Below, one piece after another: positions 29,439 to 39,008 of a stretch of 64,000 nucleotides of DNA; position 1 is the first letter of the stretch, and every line of letters starts with the position of its first letter. The position numbers and the translations under genes are program-made. Below the pieces are notes generated by a model. It did no database searches and was not told where the DNA came from. It saw only the letters and a program-made list of their open reading frames with translations. Source of the stretch: Bacteroidota bacterium (GTDB lineage Bacteria; Bacteroidota; Ignavibacteria; SZUA-365); contig JARYLZ010000001.1 in the NCBI GenBank assembly GCA_029907355.1, positions 64,522 to 128,521 on the forward strand, written 5' to 3'.

Positions 29439-32400
29439 TCAATTGTGGATAAATTGGGAAACAGCGTCGGTAGTGAAATTCACTGCAACGATCTTCGAAA
29501 CGCCCTCTTCTTCCATGGTGACTCCATAGAGGGTATCCGCAGCCGCCATAGTTTTCTTATTGTGAGTGACGATGATGAATTGGATGTTATCGGAGAAAGA
29601 TCGAAGAATTCGGAGGAACCGGTCGATATTTGCATCATCGAGTGGAGCGTCAACTTCATCCAGGATACAAAAAGGGCTTGGTTTCACGAGGTAGATCGAA
29701 AAAAGCAAGGCGATGGCGGTGAGGGTTTTCTCGCCCTGAGAAAGCATCTCTATAGAATGAGGGCGCTTTCCGCTGGGTTTCGCGATGATATCTATTCGTG
29801 CTTCGAGGGGGTCTTCACCATCGGCGAGAATAATGTCCGCTTCGTCGCCCTTTTCGAAAAGTGATTGAAATACGTCAAAAAAGTTCTTTCGTATTTCGTT
29901 GAACGTTTCAAGAAATTTTGTTTTCGCCGTCTCATTGATTTCCTGAATTGTCTCCGTCAACGTTTGTCGTGACTCGATGATATCCTCACGTTGAGCGAGC
30001 AAGAGATCGAGGCGCTCTTTTTCCTTCCTCCATTCCTCAAAAGCGAGAGGATTCACAGGCCCGAGCGTTCGGATTTTCTCACGGAGCACATTGATCTCCT
30101 CCTTCGCTTGTGAAAGGTCGAAAACATCCTCCTCCCCGCTCAGGTCCTCCGTTTCGATTGACGATAATTCGAATTCATCCCGTGCTCTTTGTTCGAGCGT
30201 CGCCATTCGGTGGCGTATTTCTTCTATTTTAAGTTCGGTTTCGTGAACGATCGACGTCAAACGATTGAAATCCTGGCGAAGTCCGTGGAGAACATTTTCC
30301 CTCTCTTCGATCACGTGCCGCAGGTCGGATAGGGTCTTCTCGACGCTCCGGACCCTTTCCTCGGCGGAACGACGTTCTTCTTTCCATTGCTCAAGCGTCA
30401 ACTGAGTGGAAGTGCGCTCCTTGAGAAGCGCTTCGAGTAGCCGTCGGGCATCCACAATCTCTTGTTCGGTCTGGGTCACCAAACGATGCAGCTCGAGGAA
30501 AGAGTCTCGATAATGATCGCGTTGATTGAGAATGTTCTGGATTTCAGCCGATTTCCCCACACGCGCCAAGTGTTTGTCGTTTAGAGTAGTCATGCTCCGA
30601 GAATATTCCTCTTCGAGGCGATGCAATTCACATGACTCCATCTCGATTTCGATTTCCATGCTTTCCTTCTCTCGCTTGCAACGTTCGAGTGCCGGGAGTA
30701 GTGCACTGTGCTCTGCAACATCGCGTTGGTACTCCTCTATGAGAAGAGCTCGTTCATCGGTGATTTTTGAAAGAGTCCGAACATATTCATCTTCCTCGAA
30801 AATCATCTGGGCAGTGTGCTGTTCAAAGGTTGAGAGGTCTTGCTGGGACTGCTTCATGTTTTCGGCGTATTCTTTCAGGTCAATAGACTCGTATTCCTGA
30901 ACCTTTCTTTCCACCAACTGCTGATTTTTCACTAATGCTGCTTTCAACTCTTGAACTTCGCGTTCCAATCGAGAAATTTTTTCTTTCTTCCCGATGATTC
31001 CCACCTCCTCTTGGTTGTTACTACCGCCTCGAACTAATCCATTGCTATCGAAGAGATCACCATCAAGCGTTACACAACGGATGTCACGGTGTTCGCGCAT
31101 ACATCGATGGGCGGTTTCTGCGTCACGAACGATGAGAACATTCCGAAGGAGAAATTGAAAGAGGGGAAGGTATGTCGTCGGACACGAGATCAGATCGATC
31201 GCCCAGCCGAAGATCCCCTCTCCAGCAATTGAGAACGGAATGGCAACGCTTTCCGGTATCCGGGAGAGACATACGAAAGTCGCTCTTCCCTTCCGTTGAT
31301 CTTTGAGAAGGTATAGACCGGTAATGGCTTCTGCGATATCATGTACAACAATGTACTGCGCCGCCTCGGTAAGAGCCGCTTCGATTGCCGCACGATAGGT
31401 TTCCTTCGTATCGACTACATCGGCTACTGTCACGATATCTGTCACAGACCACTCACGGTTCTGAAGTAAATACTGGACGCTTTGCGGATACCCTTCAAAT
31501 CTACTCACGAGACCCGAAAGAAAATCCAACTGCGTCATTCGTTCCCCAATTTTACCCTGTAGATCGAACGAAATATTCTGCAAGCGGTCTATCTCGGCCC
31601 GCAGAGCTTGTTTCCTTTCTTCCATTTCATGGAATTTTTGCTCAGCACGTACAGCTGACTCGAGAATTCCGGATCTCTTTATTTTTTCTCTAGAAAGACG
31701 CTCACGAACAGTTTGAAGTGCGCTGGCTATACGGTTTTCATCCTCCGCAAGTTTCTCTAGGCGGTTTTTCGCCGCTTCCATACGAGTCGCGTATCGATCG
31801 ATTTCACTCTGGACCTGCGACAGCTTCTCATGCACTTGAAGAAGAAGACTTCGACGGCGATCGGCATCGAGTTTTTTTTGTGATACAACGCTTTCAAGAT
31901 CCGTGTGAATCGAGCGATGCTCCATTTCATCTCGCTCAATGATAGCAAGTTCATTCTCAAGCTTTTCCAACTCGATAACCGCTTGCGCCTCGTTTCTCTG
32001 CATCTCCTCAATCCGCCGAGTGTAGGACTCTTTTTCACCTTGAAGACGTTGGATCGTCTCAAGAATATTTCTTTCCCTCTCTGCATTAACTGCAAAATCT
32101 TGTTCACAATTCATGATTTTAGAGATCCAGAGAGCTAATTCGCCACGAGCCGAGTCCAACCGGTTCTCAATTTCCCGCTCGCTTACCCGATACGATTGAA
32201 GTTGTGCCTCTTCACGGATCACATTTTCTTCAATGGAGAAACGTAACATAGTATCAGCCTTCAAACGTTCCGCCAGTGGTCCAAGTCTCCCCGCCAGCGT
32301 TGTATAATCCCTTTTTATCACATCGATCTCAAGGGATCGAAGCCTTTCAATAAGATGATTATACCGTTCGGCCTTTTTGGATTGACGAATGAGAGAATTC

Positions 32401-33005
32401 ACCGAACGGGACACTTCAGAAATGATATCGTCGAGCCTGACGAGATCCGCTTCTATATCCTCCAATTTTTTCAGTGTTTCTTTGCGTCGAATCTTGTATT
32501 TCGTCACACCGGCGGCTTCTTCGAATAATTTTCTTCGCTCCTCGACCTTATCGTTGAGAATAGACTCCACCATTTTCAATTCGATGACGGAATATGCATT
32601 GGGTCCCATCCCCGTATCCATGAAAAGCGACTGGATATCCTTCAAGCGACATTGTGTGCCGTTTAAAAAATACTCGCTTTCCCCGGATCGGTAGAGACGA
32701 CGGGTTATGGTCAATTCGGAATATTCAAGGGGTAATACACCTTTATTATTCTGGACGGTAACGGAAACCTCAGCCATGCCCACGGACTTTCTCGCTTTCG
32801 TTCCGTTGAAAATGACGTCTTCCATACGGTCACTCCGCAGCACGGAATACCTCTGTTCACCGAGTGCCCACCGCAAAGCATCGACTATATTCGTTTTCCC
32901 GCACCCGTTCGGACCAACGATAGCGGTTATTCCATCGTTGAAAACGACACTCGTCTTCAACGCGAAAGACTTAAAACCGAAGATATCAAGTTTGCAAAGG
33001 TACAT
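29439..33005 (-). CDS. smc: chromosome segregation protein SMC
   Basis: N-terminal MYLCKLDIFGFKSF...GPNGCGKTNIVDA is the Walker A. The middle is long coiled-coil sequence rich in E/K/R/L. The C-terminal LSQGEKTLTAIALLFSIYLVKPSPFCILDEVDAPLD carries the signature and Walker B motifs. The ORF track start at 33131 adds 42 non-SMC residues. The Met at 33005 gives a canonical 1188-aa SMC. Confidence 0.9.
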   Translation of the reverse strand: MYLCKLDIFGFKSFALKTSVVFNDGITAIVGPNGCGKTNIVDALRWALGEQRYSVLRSDRMEDVIFNGTKARKSVGMAEVSVTVQNNKGVLPLEYSELTITRRLYRSGESEYFLNGTQCRLKDIQSLFMDTGMGPNAYSVIELKMVESILNDKVEERRKLFEEAAGVTKYKIRRKETLKKLEDIEADLVRLDDIISEVSRSVNSLIRQSKKAERYNHLIERLRSLEIDVIKRDYTTLAGRLGPLAERLKADTMLRFSIEENVIREEAQLQSYRVSEREIENRLDSARGELALWISKIMNCEQDFAVNAERERNILETIQRLQGEKESYTRRIEEMQRNEAQAVIELEKLENELAIIERDEMEHRSIHTDLESVVSQKKLDADRRRSLLLQVHEKLSQVQSEIDRYATRMEAAKNRLEKLAEDENRIASALQTVRERLSREKIKRSGILESAVRAEQKFHEMEERKQALRAEIDRLQNISFDLQGKIGERMTQLDFLSGLVSRFEGYPQSVQYLLQNREWSVTDIVTVADVVDTKETYRAAIEAALTEAAQYIVVHDIAEAITGLYLLKDQRKGRATFVCLSRIPESVAIPFSIAGEGIFGWAIDLISCPTTYLPLFQFLLRNVLIVRDAETAHRCMREHRDIRCVTLDGDLFDSNGLVRGGSNNQEEVGIIGKKEKISRLEREVQELKAALVKNQQLVERKVQEYESIDLKEYAENMKQSQQDLSTFEQHTAQMIFEEDEYVRTLSKITDERALLIEEYQRDVAEHSALLPALERCKREKESMEIEIEMESCELHRLEEEYSRSMTTLNDKHLARVGKSAEIQNILNQRDHYRDSFLELHRLVTQTEQEIVDARRLLEALLKERTSTQLTLEQWKEERRSAEERVRSVEKTLSDLRHVIEERENVLHGLRQDFNRLTSIVHETELKIEEIRHRMATLEQRARDEFELSSIETEDLSGEEDVFDLSQAKEEINVLREKIRTLGPVNPLAFEEWRKEKERLDLLLAQREDIIESRQTLTETIQEINETAKTKFLETFNEIRKNFFDVFQSLFEKGDEADIILADGEDPLEARIDIIAKPSGKRPHSIEMLSQGEKTLTAIALLFSIYLVKPSPFCILDEVDAPLDDANIDRFLRILRSFSDNIQFIIVTHNKKTMAAADTLYGVTMEEEGVSKIVAVNFTTDAVSQFIHN

Positions 33006-33141
33006 GCGAACAGCGAGACAATTAATGAGTACAGGAAAGAGATCGTGTTTATTAAGATTCTGGAAAACAAGGGAATGGGACCATATATTGCATCGAGAAA
33101 GATAAATCTGGGAACGCGGATGAACACCCAAAAGATATTAT

Positions 33142-35790
33142 TTAGAAATGTGAATGCGCAAATACAGGCAACCATTTATGTATCATGTACTGAATATAGA
33201 AAAATGTTTCATGACGTGAATCCAAAACCCACAAGGTGACAAAAACGACAAGAAATGACGTGATATACCCGATGAAATAAAACATTCCGACTTTACTCTC
33301 GAGTAGAATGGCTGCACCTTTTAAAAGTCTTGAAAAAACCCAAAAATGAAAAACCACAATAAGAGAAAAGAACACAGCAGTCAGGGATACAGGTGACAAC
33401 AAACGTGTTAATACAAGTCCGAGAGGCAGAAGAAAAAGGATGGGAATAACACTCCACATGGCAGCACTATAAGTGTCGAACAAAGTAAGAGATTTTCTTC
33501 GCATCAAAGCGACAATACGAATCAGAATGGCGAAAACGATGAGCAGGAAAAACAATACACAGGCAAATAGAAGAATATTAGTAAACGGATTCCAGGCATT
33601 GAACACTAGGAAACTCTTTAACCCCATAGATGGGATGAAAACACTCAACCATTCATCAAAAGCGAAATTCGTACGAAAGGAGAAAAGTATATTCGCAAAG
33701 AGCAAGGCTGAGGTTAGGCACCCAAGAAAACCGATAGAAGTTGTCTGAAATATTGAGAGTACTCGACGGTCCCGAATATCACAATAAAAATTGTAGGGAC
33801 GAAGCAAAGACCGACTAATATTCTCACGGAAACGTCTGAATATATTATACATAGAAGCAAATATCGCAATGAGCAACAAGCCGATAATGACAAATATGAT
33901 GGGGAACTCCTCATTGAAATTCGCTACGACAAGTGAAGGTGATTTTTCATCGTTGAACCTTGCCTTAAGAATATCATAAGCAATCCTCTTATGCCTTAAT
34001 ATATCAAGGAAACCCACACTTGCCATTCTTTGATCCCGTACTCCCATGGTGAGAAAAGGAATTGAAACGGGATAATCGCAGAACGAATGGAAAAACACAC
34101 CGGGGAGTTTTCGCTTTACAACGTCAGAATACACTACAGAAACAAACTGAGCTTGTGCATCAAGAGAACGGGGATCATTTATTCCGTTATTATTATTGAT
34201 TTCAACGGGATAATAGATGGAACCAATCAAAAATTGCCCTGAGCTATGGAGGGTATCTAAACTTTCCCACATCACTTCAAGCCTTTTCATATCACAGGGA
34301 GGAATATCAACAGCAGAAAAATCTAAACCAGTGGGTATTTCACGTATGCCGGGAAAAAGAAAAGATGCATATACGAGAAGATCGGAATTCGTTTTCACTA
34401 CTGATGACATTTCAGATAAATAAGGAGAATACCCTTCTGTATTCCAATCAATCGAACGGGCCAGACCAACAGCCACGATACAAGGATGATATGCATATTT
34501 CACCAACATATCGCGCACAACATTCCTCGCAATCGATAAAAATCCCCATTTACTTAAAAGAGGTGAAGGTACTTGAGATACCGGCATATCCTGAAAAACG
34601 AGCAATCCATATTTGTCGCAGAACGAATAGAACATGGGATGAACCGATCCATTCATCAACCGAACAGCATTCGCTCCTAAGTTTTTCATTATCAATACAT
34701 CTTTCTCGATTTCTTCAATCGACATCGAACTCCCTCTAGAACCTGAAATACCGTAATACGTCACGCCTCGGATAGAAATCTGAGAGCCATTTAGTGATAA
34801 ACGATTGTTTGCAGAGCGAATAAAACGGAATCCTGTTTGGAGAACAGCTTCATCTATCAATATCCCATTATGAAAAATCTTCTGAACAATGATATAGAGA
34901 TACGGGTTCTCCGGGGACCAAAACTTCACTTGGGATAAATCCAACATCAGAGAAAAAGAAACCATACGATCAGGGGCTATCGAAAAACGGGTCGGGACAC
35001 TTCGAGCCACGAAGCCCCCCGTCTGAGCATCAAAAACTTCTAATGTGTGTTCAAATGTCGTTTTTCCTGTACCGGTATTCGATGAAGAGTCTCTCTGAAT
35101 ACGCGAAACATTTGAACTGGAATTGATAAGAGTACGATATGAAAGGGTTACGGATTTCCCATCCGGTAAAAAAATAGGACGGAGAATTGTTTCTTGAACC
35201 CATACCGGACCTGTAGCAATGATTGCTATATCCTGAAGAATACCACCGAAATGGACTGGATCCCACAAGCGCTCTTCTACGGGAATAGTTTCACTTGAAC
35301 TCAACGTATTGTGAACAAGAACAACGATTTCATTCTGACCAGCATGCAAAACATCGTTCGGAATTTTTAAAGTAAAACTTGTTTCCCCGGCATGTTTCCC
35401 GATAAAATGACCATTAATGGAAATCTCGGAGTAATACGAGATCTGCAGAGCTACAAAATGAAATGAAGCTCTTGCAAGAAGTTCCGGTGCAATTTCGAAG
35501 CTCTTGGAAAATATAACAGGTAACGAACCGATAAAAGAAGAAGGAACTGTGACAGTATACCATGATTCCGATTTGAGCGTTCGATAACGCCAAACACCAT
35601 TGAGATCGATAACAGAACGAGTGGAAGAATTTTTTAAAATTCCCACATCCCCATCAGTAAAAGACCGTATACACGGTTTAAAGAATTGTATTTGTGGGAT
35701 ACAAATAGAAGAAAAAATTGGCAGAATAATTGAAAAAATAAAAAAATAGGAAATCTTTATCCCACAACGAGTATAATGCGACAGGTACAT
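33142..35790 (-). CDS. glycoside hydrolase family 2-like protein fused to a C-terminal multi-pass membrane domain
   Basis: The N-terminal jelly-roll reads LNGVWRYR. The GH2 hallmark WSPENPYLY is present. The TIM-barrel start is GFRFIRSANNRLSLNGSQISIRGV, followed by NAVRLMNGSVHPMFYSFCDKYGLLVFQDMP. The last roughly 270 aa form at least 6 hydrophobic helices. The gene is strongly AT-rich. Confidence 0.75.
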   Translation of the reverse strand: MYLSHYTRCGIKISYFFIFSIILPIFSSICIPQIQFFKPCIRSFTDGDVGILKNSSTRSVIDLNGVWRYRTLKSESWYTVTVPSSFIGSLPVIFSKSFEIAPELLARASFHFVALQISYYSEISINGHFIGKHAGETSFTLKIPNDVLHAGQNEIVVLVHNTLSSSETIPVEERLWDPVHFGGILQDIAIIATGPVWVQETILRPIFLPDGKSVTLSYRTLINSSSNVSRIQRDSSSNTGTGKTTFEHTLEVFDAQTGGFVARSVPTRFSIAPDRMVSFSLMLDLSQVKFWSPENPYLYIIVQKIFHNGILIDEAVLQTGFRFIRSANNRLSLNGSQISIRGVTYYGISGSRGSSMSIEEIEKDVLIMKNLGANAVRLMNGSVHPMFYSFCDKYGLLVFQDMPVSQVPSPLLSKWGFLSIARNVVRDMLVKYAYHPCIVAVGLARSIDWNTEGYSPYLSEMSSVVKTNSDLLVYASFLFPGIREIPTGLDFSAVDIPPCDMKRLEVMWESLDTLHSSGQFLIGSIYYPVEINNNNGINDPRSLDAQAQFVSVVYSDVVKRKLPGVFFHSFCDYPVSIPFLTMGVRDQRMASVGFLDILRHKRIAYDILKARFNDEKSPSLVVANFNEEFPIIFVIIGLLLIAIFASMYNIFRRFRENISRSLLRPYNFYCDIRDRRVLSIFQTTSIGFLGCLTSALLFANILFSFRTNFAFDEWLSVFIPSMGLKSFLVFNAWNPFTNILLFACVLFFLLIVFAILIRIVALMRRKSLTLFDTYSAAMWSVIPILFLLPLGLVLTRLLSPVSLTAVFFSLIVVFHFWVFSRLLKGAAILLESKVGMFYFIGYITSFLVVFVTLWVLDSRHETFFYIQYMIHKWLPVFAHSHF

Positions 35791-36110
35791 TGGAAGGGAA
35801 ATAAAAGTTGTTGATGGGAATGCGCTTCAACGCGTAAGGGAAAGAGATGATAAGATTCGCACTTTAATTTGAAAGAAAAAATAGTGACAAGAACTCTGCC
35901 AAGCACATAGTGGTAAGAGAATAATAATTCTATCTCGATGGGTTTGGATTCGTTCTCTATTCTCTATGACCCATCATGTCAATATGTGGTAAGAAAATCA
36001 TATCCATCTCGATAAAAAATAGCATGGATAAATAGCCGACAAATCAACAACTATTACCTTATGCTACAAAAAAACAATAAGATAATACATGTTTCACATG
36101 GAACCCAAAA

Positions 36111-37967
36111 TTATGGATGTTGTTTTTGTTTCTTTGCTTGTTCTTCGAGAGATTTCATTGCTCGTTCTAAAACTCCAGATTTCTTACTTTTTTGAACTTT
36201 GACAAGTTGAAAATTTTCTTTTTTTCGTGAAATCCACCACTGTTGTAAAATTGAAAGGAGGTTAAACGAAAAATAATAAAGATTTAAACCAGAAGGGAAA
36301 TTGTTAAACATCATCCAAAACATCAATGGCATAATATATATCATCGCTTTTTGACGAGGATCTTTCACGGTTTGCTTTTGCTGTATGTACATTGTAATTG
36401 CCATCAGAACAGAAAGCAAACTTATGAAATTCGTCCCAAGTATTGGAATTTTAAATGGTAAGGTAAACAAAATATCCGGTGATGAAAGATCAGAAATCCA
36501 TAAGACAAACGGTTGATGACGAAGTTCAAAAGTCGATCTAAAAATGGTAAAAAGGGCAAACAAAATTGGCATTTGCAACAAAAGAGGAAGACAACCGCCT
36601 GCAGGATTTATACCATAGTCCTTATATAACCTCATGATTTCAGCGTTCTGCTTCTGAGGATCATCCTTATACTTGGTCTTGATATCATTCATTAAAGGCT
36701 GCAATGCCTGCATTTTTTTCATCGACGTCGTACTGCTCTTTGTGAGCGGATAAAGAATTAGTTTTATTATGATCGTAAAAACAAGGATAACAAGCCCATA
36801 ATTTGGAATGAATTTATGAAGAAACGCAAAGAGAGGAATGATCAGATACTCGGAAAAAGGTCTTACGATAAACTTCCAACCTAAACTTATCGTCTGTTCC
36901 AAACCTGCGTATTCGCTCTTTAAAAGATCGTACTGCATCGGTCCGATAAATATCCTCAGTTTTGCAGTCTCGTCCTTTCTTTCATCGAAATGGATTTTCA
37001 TGCTTGCCTGATAAATCTCTCTTGATCCATTAAAAGGCAATGGTATATGTACCCCCTCTAAAAATGCCCCTATTCCTCTAAACTCATCTCGACACAATAA
37101 AGCCGAAATGAAGTATTTGTTTTGGACGGCAACCCAGTTGGTATTTCCATTCAAACTTTTTTCCTCAATATCACCAATTTTTGTTACATCTAATGTATAT
37201 CTTTTGCTATCCACATACGCATTTGCTTCCGAGAAAGCAGCCTCCTCAACAGTATTAAGTTCTGTCAATGCAGGCGATCCAATCGTAATCTGGTACTCAT
37301 TATTTGCTATTATTTCGCCCATGTTTAAAAATCGAACATCGAGATCCACGTGATATGCATTTCCATAGATTGTATACTCTTTGATTATCATGCAACTATC
37401 ACCGATCACTTTTAAAACGTAACGAAATGTAAGTTTTGATGTATCGTGTATAAAAATTGAATCTCCATCCATAAGATCAGGGGAATCGAAGAAAAAGTTC
37501 TCCGTATGTATTTCCTTACCATCTTTTGTAATAAAGAATAGATTCGCTTCACTGATTGCCTTCCAGTCAATCAGCTGTAACGGTGATCTGTTCCACGTGG
37601 AATAACCTTTCAATATCCAGCGTTTGATACCGCCCCCGCGAGATGTAAAAACAGCTGAAACTTTTTTGGATTCAATTTTAATGTTTCTTTCTACACCTAT
37701 AGAAAGCCCCCCAAACCATTTCCCGTATTTCGTTTGTCGGTTTGTTATACTTTCGCCTCCTAAATCTTTTTTTTCTATTGGTTTTGCCTTTTTTTCGGGT
37801 ATCTGCTTCCCTGATCCAGCAATTATCGAGTCTGAGTATTTTTTCTGCTCAGTTTCAACAGGTTTTTGGTACTGGACGCTTGTGTACACCATCCAGATAA
37901 TGAAAAGGATGGCCATCAATATAAAACCGATAATACTTTGTCTGTCCATAGAAATCTTACTGTTCAA
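36111..37967 (-). CDS. yidC: membrane protein insertase YidC
   Basis: N-terminal TM anchor, large periplasmic domain, and a C-terminal five-TM core carrying the GGCLPLLLQMPILFALF motif. The gene order rpmH-rnpA-yidD-yidC is conserved. Confidence 0.9.
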   Translation of the reverse strand: MNSKISMDRQSIIGFILMAILFIIWMVYTSVQYQKPVETEQKKYSDSIIAGSGKQIPEKKAKPIEKKDLGGESITNRQTKYGKWFGGLSIGVERNIKIESKKVSAVFTSRGGGIKRWILKGYSTWNRSPLQLIDWKAISEANLFFITKDGKEIHTENFFFDSPDLMDGDSIFIHDTSKLTFRYVLKVIGDSCMIIKEYTIYGNAYHVDLDVRFLNMGEIIANNEYQITIGSPALTELNTVEEAAFSEANAYVDSKRYTLDVTKIGDIEEKSLNGNTNWVAVQNKYFISALLCRDEFRGIGAFLEGVHIPLPFNGSREIYQASMKIHFDERKDETAKLRIFIGPMQYDLLKSEYAGLEQTISLGWKFIVRPFSEYLIIPLFAFLHKFIPNYGLVILVFTIIIKLILYPLTKSSTTSMKKMQALQPLMNDIKTKYKDDPQKQNAEIMRLYKDYGINPAGGCLPLLLQMPILFALFTIFRSTFELRHQPFVLWISDLSSPDILFTLPFKIPILGTNFISLLSVLMAITMYIQQKQTVKDPRQKAMIYIMPLMFWMMFNNFPSGLNLYYFSFNLLSILQQWWISRKKENFQLVKVQKSKKSGVLERAMKSLEEQAKKQKQHP

Positions 37968-38177
37968 TCATGGCACTGGATCGTGACCGTACCCTCCCCA
38001 GGGGGCACAATGGAGAATTCTTTTCAAACTTAAAAAAACTCCTTTTAACGCACCGTGTTTGTTAATCGCTTCGATTGCATAGGAAGAACACGTTGGTATG
38101 TACCTGCATGAAGATGGAAAAAGGGGCGAAAGAACCCCTTGATAGACATGTATGATAAATATTAATGCTTTTTTCAT
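37968..38177 (-). CDS. yidD: membrane protein insertion efficiency factor YidD
   Basis: 69 aa. [35 protein letters not shown] is the YidD signature. The gene abuts the yidC start. Confidence 0.85.
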   Translation of the reverse strand: MKKALIFIIHVYQGVLSPLFPSSCRYIPTCSSYAIEAINKHGALKGVFLSLKRILHCAPWGGYGHDPVP

Positions 38178-38180
38178 CCG

Positions 38181-38600
38181 CTATATCCTAATTACTCTCC
38201 ATTGAAGAGTACCCATGATATCCGACATTATTCTCTTTATTTCACGAAAAGTAGGCATGTTATCGTTTGCGCTCCCATCGTAGAGAAAGACACAAGATAC
38301 ATTCAAGCCATGCTGTTGACAGAAATCATGGAGAACTTGCTTCTGAAGTCGGTAGGCTTCGCGCATGAGCCGTTTGATTCGGTTGCGCCGAACATTTTTC
38401 CTAACCCCCTTCACAGCAAATCCCACCTTACATTCGTAAGGTGGGATCGATCTTTGATAGGTAAAATAACATCGGAGCCTATCTTTTATAATTATTCTTC
38501 GCCCTTTCAAAACACGAGCGAAAGAATGATAACCCCTGATAATCTCCGATTTTTTCAACCCATGTGTCTTCGTCACATCATCTATAACGCGGTTCATCAC
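38181..38600 (-). CDS. rnpA: ribonuclease P protein component RnpA
   Basis: [22 protein letters not shown] and the basic RNR motif [21 protein letters not shown] are present. The true start is probably an internal Met or alternative start, because the first codons overlap rpmH. Confidence 0.75.
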   Translation of the reverse strand: MMNRVIDDVTKTHGLKKSEIIRGYHSFARVLKGRRIIIKDRLRCYFTYQRSIPPYECKVGFAVKGVRKNVRRNRIKRLMREAYRLQKQVLHDFCQQHGLNVSCVFLYDGSANDNMPTFREIKRIMSDIMGTLQWRVIRI

Positions 38601-38733
38601 TGACGGTTAGCTTCCATCTTCCCTTTGCACGTCTTCGGGCTAAAATCTTTCTTCCATTTTTTGTTTTTATCCGTTGACGGAATCCATGCGTATTCCGTCT
38701 TTTTCTTACACTTGGTTGATAAGTCCTTTTCAT
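38578..38733 (-). CDS. rpmH: 50S ribosomal protein L34
   Basis: This gene is below the ORF-track length cut-off. Reverse-strand translation gives [51 protein letters not shown], which matches the L34 consensus (MKRTFQPS..KR...HGFR.RM.T..GR.VL..RR.KGRK.L). It sits immediately upstream of rnpA. Confidence 0.85.
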   Translation of the reverse strand: MKRTYQPSVRKRRNTHGFRQRIKTKNGRKILARRRAKGRWKLTVSDEPRYR

Positions 38734-39008
38734 ATGATTTCACTCGGTTAAAGTAGAGATTCCAATATTACAAATCCTTGCATTTGAAAGCAAACGATAT
38801 TTCTATGAAGGAAAACCAAGGAACTTTTTCAGATTCACGAAGGATACATATTAGGATCGTTATAACGACTACAAAATCTCATTGTTATGTCGGAAGGACC
38901 ATTCTATTCTATACCATTGTTTCTTTTAATTTTATCTATTGTTCTCACACTTTCTAACGAGTGAAATTCATCTCAAAAAATCGATGGGATTTCAAATATT
39001 GACTTGTT

